From Clostridia bacterium (GTDB taxonomy: Bacteria; Bacillota; Clostridia; Oscillospirales; Acutalibacteraceae), in the NCBI GenBank assembly GCA_017507805.1, contig JAFWAC010000001.1, positions 23,695 to 87,694 on the forward strand: DNA of 64,000 nt, written 5' to 3'. The position numbers and the translations under genes are program-made. Below, piece by piece: positions 51,961-60,929 of this stretch; position 1 is the stretch's first letter; every line of letters starts with the position of its first letter. The notes under the pieces are model-generated. The model saw nothing but the letters and a program-made list of their open reading frames with translations. It searched no databases and was not told where the DNA came from.

Positions 51961-53268
51961 TTAGTGTAATTTACGCTTGTCAATAACGCGTTTTGCCTTG
52001 CCCTCGCTGCGTTCAATGGATTTGGGGTTGACAAGGTTTACCTTGGGCGCAATACCTAACATACTTCTCAGCTTTTCGGTGATAAGCTTTTCGATTTTTT
52101 CGATACCCTTTACACCGTCCGAGAAAAGGTTTTCGCTCATTTCAACATTAACCTCAAAGGTGTCGGTGTTATTCATACGGTCAACAACTATCTGGTAGTT
52201 AGGTGTAATGCTTCCGCCAACGCTGAGCAAAACCTCCTCAATCTGGGAGGGGAATACATTTACGCCGCGAATAATGAGCATATCGTCTGTTCTGCCCTGC
52301 GGCTTGTTCATTCTCACATGGGTTCTGCCGCATTTGCACTGCTCATAATTAAGGGAGCAGATGTCTCTTGTGCGGTATCTTATGAGGGGGAAGCCCTCCT
52401 TGGTAATGGTGGTGAAAACAAGCTCACCCTGCGCGCCCTCGGGCAAAACCTCGCCTGTGTCGGGGTCGATGATTTCGGGGATGAAATGGTCCTCACAGAC
52501 ATGCATACCGCACTGATATTCACATTCGTAGGAAACACCGGGGCCCATAATTTCGGAAAGACCGTAAATATCATAAGCCTTAAGCCCTAATTTTTCCTCA
52601 ATCTGCTTGCGCATTTCCTCGGTCCAGGGCTCTGCTCCGAAAATACCTGCCTTGAGCTTGAGCTTATCCTTAAGCCCCATTTCCTCGATGGTCTCGCCAA
52701 GGTAAAGGGCATAAGACGGGGTACAGCAAAGCACCGTTGCGCCGAAATCAATCATAGTCTGGATTTGGCGCTGGGTGTTACCTGCCGAAATCGGGATTGC
52801 GGTAGCGCCTATTCTCACGGCGCCGTCATGCGCGCCGAAGCCGCCTGTGAAAAGACCTAAGCCGTAGGAAACCTGAACAAAGGAATTTTCGTCATTACCT
52901 GTGGCAATCAACATTCTTGCAAAGCAATCTGCCCAAAATGAAAGGTCATTATCGGTGTAGCCCACAACTATCTGCTTGCCTGTTGTGCCCGATGACGCAT
53001 GCACGCGGCGGATATCGCTCATCGGAACGGCAAAAAGACCGTAGGGGTAGTAATCTCTTAAATCCTGCTTGTAGGAAAAGGGAAGCCTGTGAAGGTCCTC
53101 AACACCCTTGATGTCATCGGGCTTCAGGCCCTTTTCGTCCATTCGCTTTCTGAAAAGCTCCACATTTTCGTACATTCTTTTAACCTGAGCTACAAGTCTT
53201 TCGCTTTGAAGCTTTTTAAGCTGTTCTCTCGGCATGGCTTCGTATTCGGGTTGCCACATTTTGCTCAT
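51961..53268 (-). CDS. paaK: phenylacetate--CoA ligase family protein
   Basis: 435 aa. AMP-binding motif SSGTTGK. PaaK-family length and C-terminal domain. Confidence 0.93.
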   Translation of the reverse strand: MSKMWQPEYEAMPREQLKKLQSERLVAQVKRMYENVELFRKRMDEKGLKPDDIKGVEDLHRLPFSYKQDLRDYYPYGLFAVPMSDIRRVHASSGTTGKQIVVGYTDNDLSFWADCFARMLIATGNDENSFVQVSYGLGLFTGGFGAHDGAVRIGATAIPISAGNTQRQIQTMIDFGATVLCCTPSYALYLGETIEEMGLKDKLKLKAGIFGAEPWTEEMRKQIEEKLGLKAYDIYGLSEIMGPGVSYECEYQCGMHVCEDHFIPEIIDPDTGEVLPEGAQGELVFTTITKEGFPLIRYRTRDICSLNYEQCKCGRTHVRMNKPQGRTDDMLIIRGVNVFPSQIEEVLLSVGGSITPNYQIVVDRMNNTDTFEVNVEMSENLFSDGVKGIEKIEKLITEKLRSMLGIAPKVNLVNPKSIERSEGKAKRVIDKRKLH

Positions 53269-53286
53269 GAGGGGTCACTCCTTATT

Positions 53287-53853
53287 TTAATAATTATATC
53301 CTAAGTCAAAGGCTTTAAGATTGATTTCAAGAAATTTCGGCGGAACGGTTTGCTTAATGGTATCCACCCATTTTTCGTAAGGAATATCGCTTTTACTTGC
53401 CATAACACCGATAAGCACGATATTGACAGCCTTTATATTTCCTGCCTCTTTAGCTAAGGAAAGGGCGTCAAGCTCGGAGACATCTGCCACAGCGCTCAGC
53501 TTTTCGATGATATTTTCGGGGTAGCTTGCCGCACCTGTGATTACAGGCATTGGGTTTATCTGCTGAGAGTTGACGATTATTTTACCGCCCTTTTTAAGAA
53601 AAGGCAACGCGCGGTAGGCTTCAAGCAGCTCGAATGCCAAAATCACATCCGCCTCGCCCTCGTCAACGATGGGGGAATAAACCTTTTCACCGTATTTAAC
53701 ATAGGTGATAACGCTTCCTCCGCGCTGGCTCATACCGTGAACCTCTGAAATTTTAACATCGTAGCCCTCGTTTATAACGGTGTTACCGAGAACACGGCTT
53801 GCAAGGAGGGTGCCCTGACCGCCAACGCCGACAATCATAATATTTTTGCTCAT
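53287..53853 (-). CDS. iorB: indolepyruvate ferredoxin oxidoreductase subunit beta
   Basis: 188 aa. GVGGQGTLLASR motif. Follows iorA. Confidence 0.93.
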   Translation of the reverse strand: MSKNIMIVGVGGQGTLLASRVLGNTVINEGYDVKISEVHGMSQRGGSVITYVKYGEKVYSPIVDEGEADVILAFELLEAYRALPFLKKGGKIIVNSQQINPMPVITGAASYPENIIEKLSAVADVSELDALSLAKEAGNIKAVNIVLIGVMASKSDIPYEKWVDTIKQTVPPKFLEINLKAFDLGYNY

Positions 53854-53854
53854 A

Positions 53855-55594
53855 TCAGTTATCCTCCTTTACAATCGCCTTAAAGGGACAAACATTTATG
53901 CAAAGACCGCAGCCGTTGCACTGTGTACTGTCAATAACCACAGTATCATCCTTAACCGAGATTGCAGGACAGCCCAGCTTCATACACATTTTGCAGTTCT
54001 TGCAGTTTTCGGTAACGGTGCAGTGACCGGTGTACTTAACACTCTTAAGCAATGCGCAGGGACGCTGTGCAATGATAACCGAAGGCTCCTCGCGGTTGGT
54101 TTCTTCCTTTACAACACGCTCAAATTCCTTAACATCAAAGGGGTCGGCAACAATCACATGCTCCACACCAACCGCCTTGCAAAGGGCAATAAGATTAACC
54201 TGCTTGGTTTCCTCGCCCTTTATGGTGTAGCCCGTGGTGGGATTATTCTGATGACCTGTCATACCCGTAATTGAGTTATCAAGAATTATAACGGTGTTGT
54301 TGCCCTTGTTGTAGACAATATCAACAAGACCTGTAATTCCTGAGTGCATAAAGGTAGAGTCGCCTATAACAGAAACTAACTTTTTGTTAAATTCTGCTCC
54401 CTGTGCCTTTGCCATACCGAGCGCTGCGCTTACCGAAGCGCCCATACAAATTGTGGTGTCAACCGAAGCCAAGGGTGCGGCGGCGCCGAGGGTATAACAG
54501 CCGATATCGCCCGAAACCACAAGCCCCAGCTTTTTAAGCACATAGAAGGTACCTCTGTGGGGACAGCCTGCGCACATAACGGGCGGTCTTACGGGGATAG
54601 CCTCTGTCGGGCGGTTAATCTCAGGCGAAGCCTCGCCCAAAACCGCCTTTTTAATCATATTTGGGGTGTACTCGCCCAAAAGGGTGAATACCTCCTTACC
54701 GATAATATTGGTAATGCCTAAAGCCTTGCAGTAGTCCTCGATTACAGGGTCAAGCTCCTCAATAACGAAAACCTTGTCATAAGCGGCGGCAAATTTCTTA
54801 AGCTTATTATCGGGCAGAGGATAAACCGTGCCGAGCTTTAGAAAATCAACCTTGTCGCCCAAGGCTTCCTTAGCATAGGCATAGGCAATGCCTGCGGTGA
54901 TAACACCGATACGGCTGCCGTTGTTTTCGGTTGTGTTGAGTGGGCTTGTTTCGGCATAAGCCTTTAAAGCCTCAATTCTTTCCTCAACCGTTACATGACG
55001 CTTAACTGCGTTTGCAGGCATCATAACATATTTGCCGATATTTTTTTCGTAGGGCTTAACGGGTACATCCTCCCTGTCGCACAGCTCAACAAGGCTCTGT
55101 GAGTGTGAAACGCGGGTGGAAAGACGGATGAAAACGGGTGTGTCATATTCCTCCGAAAGAGAGAAGGCGAGCTTTGTGAATTCCTTGCACTCGGCAGAAT
55201 CGGCAGGCTCCAGCATCATAATTTTAGAAGCCCTTGCGTAATGCCTTGAATCCTGCTCGTTTTGGGAGGAGTGCATACCCGGATCATCTGCAACGCAGAA
55301 AACCAAGCCGCCGTTTACACCTGTGTAGCTTACGGTGAAAACGGGGTCCGCCATAACATTAAGACCTACATGCTTCATACAGCTCATAGCCCTGCCGCCT
55401 GCTATTGAAGCGCCAATCGCTACCTCTGCCGCAACCTTTTCGTTGGGAGACCATTCGGAATAAACCTCGTTAAATTTTGCAATTTCCTCTGTGATTTCGG
55501 TGCTGGGTGTACCGGGATAGGAAGCAACAACATTAACGCCTGCTTCAAAAGCACCTCTGGCAACAGCGGCATTGCCGAGTAATAACTTTTTCAT
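53855..55594 (-). CDS. iorA: indolepyruvate ferredoxin oxidoreductase subunit alpha
   Basis: 579 aa. TPP-binding GDSTF motif. C-terminal 2x[4Fe-4S] ferredoxin motifs (CKNCKMC, CNGCGLCINVCP). Confidence 0.95.
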   Translation of the reverse strand: MKKLLLGNAAVARGAFEAGVNVVASYPGTPSTEITEEIAKFNEVYSEWSPNEKVAAEVAIGASIAGGRAMSCMKHVGLNVMADPVFTVSYTGVNGGLVFCVADDPGMHSSQNEQDSRHYARASKIMMLEPADSAECKEFTKLAFSLSEEYDTPVFIRLSTRVSHSQSLVELCDREDVPVKPYEKNIGKYVMMPANAVKRHVTVEERIEALKAYAETSPLNTTENNGSRIGVITAGIAYAYAKEALGDKVDFLKLGTVYPLPDNKLKKFAAAYDKVFVIEELDPVIEDYCKALGITNIIGKEVFTLLGEYTPNMIKKAVLGEASPEINRPTEAIPVRPPVMCAGCPHRGTFYVLKKLGLVVSGDIGCYTLGAAAPLASVDTTICMGASVSAALGMAKAQGAEFNKKLVSVIGDSTFMHSGITGLVDIVYNKGNNTVIILDNSITGMTGHQNNPTTGYTIKGEETKQVNLIALCKAVGVEHVIVADPFDVKEFERVVKEETNREEPSVIIAQRPCALLKSVKYTGHCTVTENCKNCKMCMKLGCPAISVKDDTVVIDSTQCNGCGLCINVCPFKAIVKEDN

Positions 55595-55612
55595 TTTATG
55601 TATCCTCGCTTT

Positions 55613-57250
55613 TTATTTTATCTCGTTTTGTTGGGCGACCACGCTGTCACCGCAGTAGATACGGCGAAGCTTGGGCTTTTCAATTTTTCCTGTGGGGTTG
55701 CGCGGTACCTCGGCAAAAATAATTTTGCGCGGCCGCTTATATCTTGGCAATTCAAGGCAAAATTCCTCTATCTCAGCTTCGGTGAGGGTAAGCCCCTCCT
55801 TTGCCTGAATAATAGCCGTTGCAATTTCTCCTAAGCGCGCATCGGGCAGACCGATTACCGCAACATCGCTTATTTTTTCGTGCTTTCTTAAGAAATCCTC
55901 AATCTGAACGGGGTAAAGATTTTCGCCGCCTGAAATGATAACATCCTTTTTGCGGTCAACAAGGAAAATAAAGCCGTCCTCATCCTCGGATGCCATATCG
56001 CCTGTAAAGAGCCAACCGTCACGCAAAACCTCGTTTGTTGCCTTTTCGTCCTTGTAATAGGCGGTCATAACACCGGGACCTCTAACGGCAAGCTCGCCCA
56101 CCTCGCCGCGGGCAACGGTATTGCCGTTTTCGTCAACGATTTTTGTCTCCCAGCCGAAGCCTGCCTTACCGATTGCGCCAACCTTGTGCTCGTTTTCCAC
56201 TCCAAGGTGAACACAGCCGGGACCGATAGACTCCGAAAGACCGTAGTTTGTATCGTAGGAATGGGTGGGGAAATACTGCTTCCACCTTTTTATAAGGCTG
56301 GGCGGCACAGGCTGTGCGCCGATGTGCATAAGTCTCCACTGAGAAAGGTCGTAATCCTGAAGCTTTATATCGCCGCGCTCAATTGCGTCAAGAATATCCT
56401 GTGCCCACGGCACCAACAGCCAGACGATAGAGCATTTTTCCTCCGAAACGGCGCGCAAAATCCATTCGGGGTTAATACCCTTAAGGATTACCGCCTTACC
56501 GCCCACAAGGAAGCTGCCGAACCAATGCATTTTAGCGCCTGTGTGGTAAAGGGGCGGTATGCAGAGGAAAACATCCTCCTTGGTTTGTGAATGGTGGTTC
56601 TGCTCGGTCATTGCCGAGTGAACAAGGCTTCTGTGTTTATGTATAATAGCCTTGGGGAAGCCTGTTGTTCCCGAGGAAAAGTAAATCGCGGCATCGTCCT
56701 CATCAGTAAGCTTGATTTGGGGGCTTTTTGATGAGCAGTAGGACACTAAGCTGTCATAGCTTTCGGCAAAGGTGGGGCAATCCTCACCTAAATAAAGCCA
56801 CATTTTTATTCTCGGCACCCTGCCCACAATCTGTTCGACACGGCCTGTAAATTCCGGTCCGAAAATTATTACATCGGCATCGGCAAGCTCAAGACAGTAT
56901 TTAATCTCATCCGAAGCGTAACGGTAGTTAAGAGGTACTGCCAACGCGCCTGTTTTAAGCACACCGAAATATATGGGCAGCCACTCAATGCAGTTCATTA
57001 AAAGAATGGCAACCTTGTCCCCCTTTTTAATTCCGCGGGAGAGCAAAAGGTTTGCAAAGCGGTTAGCCTTCTTGTTAAACTCGCCCCAGGTAATTTCCTT
57101 GCGGTAGGCATCGTTGGGGTTGGCCTCTATAAGGGAATATTCCTGCCAGGTAAGACGGCGGTTATTTTCGTTTTTTGGATTTATTTCCACAAGGCTTATG
57201 TCCTCGGGGTAAAAATCCGCATTTTTTTGCAAAATTTCGGTAATAGGCAT
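55613..57250 (-). CDS. AMP-dependent acyl-CoA synthetase/ligase
   Basis: 545 aa. SSGTTGFPKA, GYGLSE-like NYGLSE and GWLFTGD motifs. C-terminal PRNPTGKI. Confidence 0.92.
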   Translation of the reverse strand: MPITEILQKNADFYPEDISLVEINPKNENNRRLTWQEYSLIEANPNDAYRKEITWGEFNKKANRFANLLLSRGIKKGDKVAILLMNCIEWLPIYFGVLKTGALAVPLNYRYASDEIKYCLELADADVIIFGPEFTGRVEQIVGRVPRIKMWLYLGEDCPTFAESYDSLVSYCSSKSPQIKLTDEDDAAIYFSSGTTGFPKAIIHKHRSLVHSAMTEQNHHSQTKEDVFLCIPPLYHTGAKMHWFGSFLVGGKAVILKGINPEWILRAVSEEKCSIVWLLVPWAQDILDAIERGDIKLQDYDLSQWRLMHIGAQPVPPSLIKRWKQYFPTHSYDTNYGLSESIGPGCVHLGVENEHKVGAIGKAGFGWETKIVDENGNTVARGEVGELAVRGPGVMTAYYKDEKATNEVLRDGWLFTGDMASEDEDGFIFLVDRKKDVIISGGENLYPVQIEDFLRKHEKISDVAVIGLPDARLGEIATAIIQAKEGLTLTEAEIEEFCLELPRYKRPRKIIFAEVPRNPTGKIEKPKLRRIYCGDSVVAQQNEIK

Positions 57251-57326
57251 TTTAAAATTCCTTCCTGATAATTATACAAATATATTTTAACACTTTAAAG
57301 CGAATTTTGCAAGGGTTTATTATTCA

Positions 57327-57501
57327 AAATTGCAACATGATACCACGATGGTGTGAACATATATAAATTATAGTTTAGCGCACTAATTAAATTGACATTT
57401 TGTAGGGGACGATGCCCACATCGTCCCGCCAGAATTTGCAGAAACCAAACGGGACGATGTGGGCATCGTCCCCTACGAACAACCCCAATAAACTATAATT
57501 T
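57327..57501. mobile_element. composite repeat: partial module M + AAATTATAGTTTAGCG (57365..57380) + perfect P2-b palindrome + AAACTATAATTT (57490..57501)
   Basis: 57365..57401 is the exact reverse complement of 35847..35883. 57327..57364 matches module M. Confidence 0.75.
57402..57476. repeat. P2-b: perfect 27-bp-arm palindrome GTAGGGGACGATGCCCACATCGTCCCG-N21-CGGGACGATGTGGGCATCGTCCCCTAC
   Basis: The arms are exact reverse complements. The loop CCAGAATTTGCAGAAACCAAA is the reverse complement, with one base difference, of the loop at 35799..35819. Confidence 0.9.
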
Positions 57502-57521
57502 ATTGCAAGAAAGATTTTTGG

Positions 57522-57550
57522 TTGTAAAAATCACAAAGGTTTGGTATAAT
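57522..57550 (+). promoter_or_regulatory. sigmaA-type promoter of the SLOG-3 leader
   Basis: TTGTAA (57522..57527), 17 nt, TGG-TATAAT (57545..57550). Confidence 0.5.
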
Positions 57551-57743
57551 GCTTCTGCCAAGCAATTTTAACAAGTAAGCCAAAGGTAATTTCTTGCAGG
57601 AATTATACCTTTTTTCTTTGCACACAATATGAATGATGAATTTGGTAAAAATGCAAATTCCTTCATTTGTATTGTGTAGGATTTATTATATCCTTGAGCT
57701 TACTTTTGAATTGTTTGGCGACAATTGGGGTTTGCGTTTTTCA

Positions 57744-57772
57744 GTGCGTGACTTCGGTTGCGCGCTTTTTTA
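57744..57772 (+). terminator. leader terminator/attenuator 18 nt upstream of the SLOG-3 start
   Basis: 9-bp stem (GTGCGTGAC / GTTGCGCGC, with G-U pairs) closed by a UUCG loop, followed by TTTTTT. Confidence 0.5.
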
Positions 57773-57789
57773 TTTAGGGGGAAACGGAA

Positions 57790-58224
57790 ATGACGGTTAC
57801 CTTTTTCGGGCACAGAATAACACCAAACGAAATAAAACCAAGGTTAATGCTGGTTTTGAGGGATTTAATAGAAAACAGCCAAGCAGACACCTTTTATGTT
57901 GGCAACCAAGGCGATTTCGATCGGTTGGTAAGGCAAAGCCTCAGGGAGCTTGAAAAGCAATATCCGCATATCAGGTACAATGTAGTCCTTGCTTATATGC
58001 CAATCCGAAGCGGGTTAGACGAGTGTCGCGATTTTTCGGACACAATCTACCCTGAAGGTCTTGAAGCTGTATCCCCGAAAAATGCAATCGACAGGCGCAA
58101 CCGATGGATGCTTGAAAAATGTGACTGTGCGGTGGTTTATATCACAGGTGTCGGCAATGCGAGTACATACGGGGAGCTTGCCGAGAAAATGGGCAAGACA
58201 GTGATTAACATTGCAGAAAAATAA
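57790..58224 (+). CDS. SLOG-superfamily protein, DUF1273/YpsA-like (paralog of 6286..6723)
   Basis: 144 aa. TFFGHR, FYVGNQGDFD, YPHIRY..VLAY, AIDRRNRWMLEK. GGGGG RBS. Confidence 0.78.
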   Translation: MTVTFFGHRITPNEIKPRLMLVLRDLIENSQADTFYVGNQGDFDRLVRQSLRELEKQYPHIRYNVVLAYMPIRSGLDECRDFSDTIYPEGLEAVSPKNAIDRRNRWMLEKCDCAVVYITGVGNASTYGELAEKMGKTVINIAEK

Positions 58225-58230
58225 TAAAAT

Positions 58231-58458
58231 AAAGGGCTGTCTAACAAAGGTTAAAATGCACAAATTAACGGAGTAGCTTCACCACCGGCTCCCTCTGACG
58301 AGGGAGCTGTCGAGTGAAACGAGACTGAGGGAGAGAAAAAACTACACTAATTGTAGAAATTTCACTTTTTCTCTCCCTCCGTCACGGCCACACCGTGCCA
58401 CCTCCCTCGTCAGAGGGAGGCAGGGTTTGTGCACAAACCTTTAATGAGACAGCCCTTT
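58231..58458. repeat. 228-nt compound palindrome filling the SLOG-3/symporter intergenic region; core is S-element copy c (58288..58420)
   Basis: Outer arms AAAGGGCTGTCTAACAAAGGTTAAAATGCACAAA (58231..58264) and TTTGTGCACAAACCTTTAATGAGACAGCCCTTT (58426..58458) enclose S-c. Confidence 0.8.
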
Positions 58459-58471
58459 AATATTTTGAATT

Positions 58472-60013
58472 TTATTCCCCCAAGGATTCCTTGGATTTAA
58501 CCACAACCTGCTTTTCATAGCAAGCAAACATTTCGTTTGTTTGCTCCCTTGAAGGCTTTGGTGTGATAAGGCTTACAACCGGCACGATAACAAGACCTGC
58601 AAGCATTGCGATAACACCGCAGTTAATCGGAGACTGCAAAATTGCGGGGAATGCGCTCCTTGCCACCATATTGAGGATCATAATACCCGAGCCGAAAATA
58701 AAGCTTGCCCAAACCGAAAGCTTGGTTGCCCGTTTCCAATAAAGACCAAAAAGGAAGGGAGCTAAGAATGCGCCTGCAAGCGCGCCCCAGGAGATACCCA
58801 TCATATCTGCTATGTAGCCCAGCTTATCCTTATTAAGTGCGATAAATGCAGAGATTACGATGAAAATCACAATCAGCACCCTTAAAATAAATACCTGCTT
58901 TTTTTCACTCATCTGCTTCACGATATGCCCCTTTATAAGGTCGAGTGTGAGGGTGGAGCTTGAAGCCAGAACAAGGGAGGAAAGGGTTGACATTGAAGCC
59001 GAAAGCACCAGCACGATAACCACGGCAATCAAAATATCGGGAAGTCCCTCAAGAACGGTGGGAATAATCGAGTCAAAGCCGCCTGCAGGCATACCGTCCA
59101 CAACGCTGAGCTTGTCGGTGAACAGTCTGCCGAAGCCGCCGAGGAAGTAACAGCCGCCGGCAACTATAACGGCAAAAACGGTTGAAATAATAGTGCCCTT
59201 ATTGATGTCCTTCTCACTCTTTATGGCATAGAACTTCTGCACCATCTGCGGCAAGCCCCAAGTACCCAATGAGGTGAGGATAACAACGAACAAAAGACCT
59301 AACGGGTCTGGCCCGAAGAAGGAGTTGAATGCCCCGGGAGCAGTGCCCTCTGTCTCAATTTTTGCAAGACCGTCAAGCGCTTCGATAAAGCCGCCGTTTT
59401 GGTTTAAGACAGCGGCAATTACCATAATAATGCCTGCAATCATTATAATTCCCTGAATGAAATCGTTAATTGCGGTTGCCATATATCCGCCTGCTATTAC
59501 ATAAATACCGGTGAGGATTGCCATAACAATAACACACACCGAATAATCAATTCCGGGGAATGCCATTGAGAAAAGCCTTGAAAGACCGTTGTAAAGGGAA
59601 GCGGTGTATGGAATAAGGAAAATAAACACGATAACCGAGGCGGCTACTTTAAGCGCAGGACTTAGATAACGCTTGCCGAAAAATTCGGGCATGGTGGCAC
59701 TTTCAAGGTGCTGTGACATAAGTCTGGTTCTCCTGCCCAGCACAAGCCAAGCCAAAAGCGAGCCTAAAACTGCGTTTCCGATACCAATCCATGTAGAGGC
59801 AATTCCGAACTTCCAACCGAACTGTCCGGCATAGCCCACAAAAATAACGGCAGAGAAATAGGAGGTGCCGTAGGCAAAGGCAGTAAGCCAAGGACCGACC
59901 GACCTGCCGCCCAGAACAAATCCGTTTACATCTGTTGAATGCTTGCGGCAGTAAAGTCCGACAAAAAGCATTGCAGAAAAGAATACTATTAGCATCAGGA
60001 TTTTAATAATCAT
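58472..60013 (-). CDS. sodium:solute symporter family transporter (PutP/PanF-like)
   Basis: 513 aa from the ATG at 60013 (AAGGGTGA RBS). About 13 TM helices. SSF-family conservation. Confidence 0.9.
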   Translation of the reverse strand: MIIKILMLIVFFSAMLFVGLYCRKHSTDVNGFVLGGRSVGPWLTAFAYGTSYFSAVIFVGYAGQFGWKFGIASTWIGIGNAVLGSLLAWLVLGRRTRLMSQHLESATMPEFFGKRYLSPALKVAASVIVFIFLIPYTASLYNGLSRLFSMAFPGIDYSVCVIVMAILTGIYVIAGGYMATAINDFIQGIIMIAGIIMVIAAVLNQNGGFIEALDGLAKIETEGTAPGAFNSFFGPDPLGLLFVVILTSLGTWGLPQMVQKFYAIKSEKDINKGTIISTVFAVIVAGGCYFLGGFGRLFTDKLSVVDGMPAGGFDSIIPTVLEGLPDILIAVVIVLVLSASMSTLSSLVLASSSTLTLDLIKGHIVKQMSEKKQVFILRVLIVIFIVISAFIALNKDKLGYIADMMGISWGALAGAFLAPFLFGLYWKRATKLSVWASFIFGSGIMILNMVARSAFPAILQSPINCGVIAMLAGLVIVPVVSLITPKPSREQTNEMFACYEKQVVVKSKESLGE

Positions 60014-60087
60014 AAAATCACCCTTCAAAAATTTTTACTTTAGCATTTTAACACATAAAAGCGCTAAAGTCAAGCTCTAAAAAATAT

Positions 60088-60116
60088 TTGACTTTGAATG
60101 GGAGATACAATATAAT
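60088..60116 (+). promoter_or_regulatory. sigmaA-type promoter of ymdB
   Basis: TTGACT (60088..60093), 17 nt, TATAAT (60111..60116). Confidence 0.55.
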
Positions 60117-60152
60117 GAAAAAGATAATATTTTTTAGTTTCGGGAGGGTAAA

Positions 60153-60929
60153 ATGCGGTTATTGGCGATAGGCGATGTTTGCGGACAGGCAGGGTGTGAC
60201 TGTGTGCGCAGGGTATTACCCTCATTAAAAAAGGAAAAAGAGATTGATGTGGTTATAATAAACGGGGAAAACTCTGCCGAGGGTAATGGCATAACTCCCT
60301 TCAGCGCCGACCTGCTTTTTGCTTACGGCGCGGATATTATTACAGGCGGCAATCATTCCTTAAGAAGACCTGAAATTTATGATTATCTTGACGGCTGGGA
60401 TTATATTTTAAGACCTGACAATCTGCCCGAGGCAGAGTTTGGCTGTGGTTATTGCTTTGCCGATTTCGGAAAATTTGCCTTGGCGGTAATCAATCTTTCG
60501 GGTACGGTTTACCTTGAAAGGGCGGGTGCTTCAAACCCGTTTACCGCCGCGGATGAGCTGCTCAAAAGGGCTGAGGCGGACGGTGCTGTGGTTACGGTGG
60601 TGGATTTTCACGCAGAGGCAACGAGTGAGAAAAGGGCGTTGGGGCTTTATCTTGACGGTAGAGTGTCTGCCTTTTTCGGAACACATACCCATGTGCAGAC
60701 CGCGGACGAGCAAATTCTGCCGAATGGCACAGGGTATATCACAGACCTTGGTATGACGGGGCCGAAAAACTCGGTTTTGGGTGTGAAAAGTGAGATAATA
60801 ATAAACCGCTTTAAGGATAACGATATGTCAAAATTTGTTTTTGCCGAGGGTGAAGCTGTGTTCAGCGGATGTATTTTTGATATTGACAGCCGCGGCAGGA
60901 CGACAGCGGTGGAAAGAATACTGTTATGA
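60153..60929 (+). CDS. ymdB: YmdB-family metallophosphoesterase (2',3'-cyclic-nucleotide 2'-phosphodiesterase, TIGR00282-like)
   Basis: 258 aa. MRLLAIGDVCG, NGENSAEGNGIT, GGNH, DFHAEATSEK motifs. Confidence 0.92.
   Translation: MRLLAIGDVCGQAGCDCVRRVLPSLKKEKEIDVVIINGENSAEGNGITPFSADLLFAYGADIITGGNHSLRRPEIYDYLDGWDYILRPDNLPEAEFGCGYCFADFGKFALAVINLSGTVYLERAGASNPFTAADELLKRAEADGAVVTVVDFHAEATSEKRALGLYLDGRVSAFFGTHTHVQTADEQILPNGTGYITDLGMTGPKNSVLGVKSEIIINRFKDNDMSKFVFAEGEAVFSGCIFDIDSRGRTTAVERILL

Noticed and set aside
57633-57953. 106-aa ORF overlapping the SLOG-3 leader and start.
   Set aside because: It is out of frame with the well-conserved SLOG ORF, crosses the leader terminator, and shows no RBS or homology.
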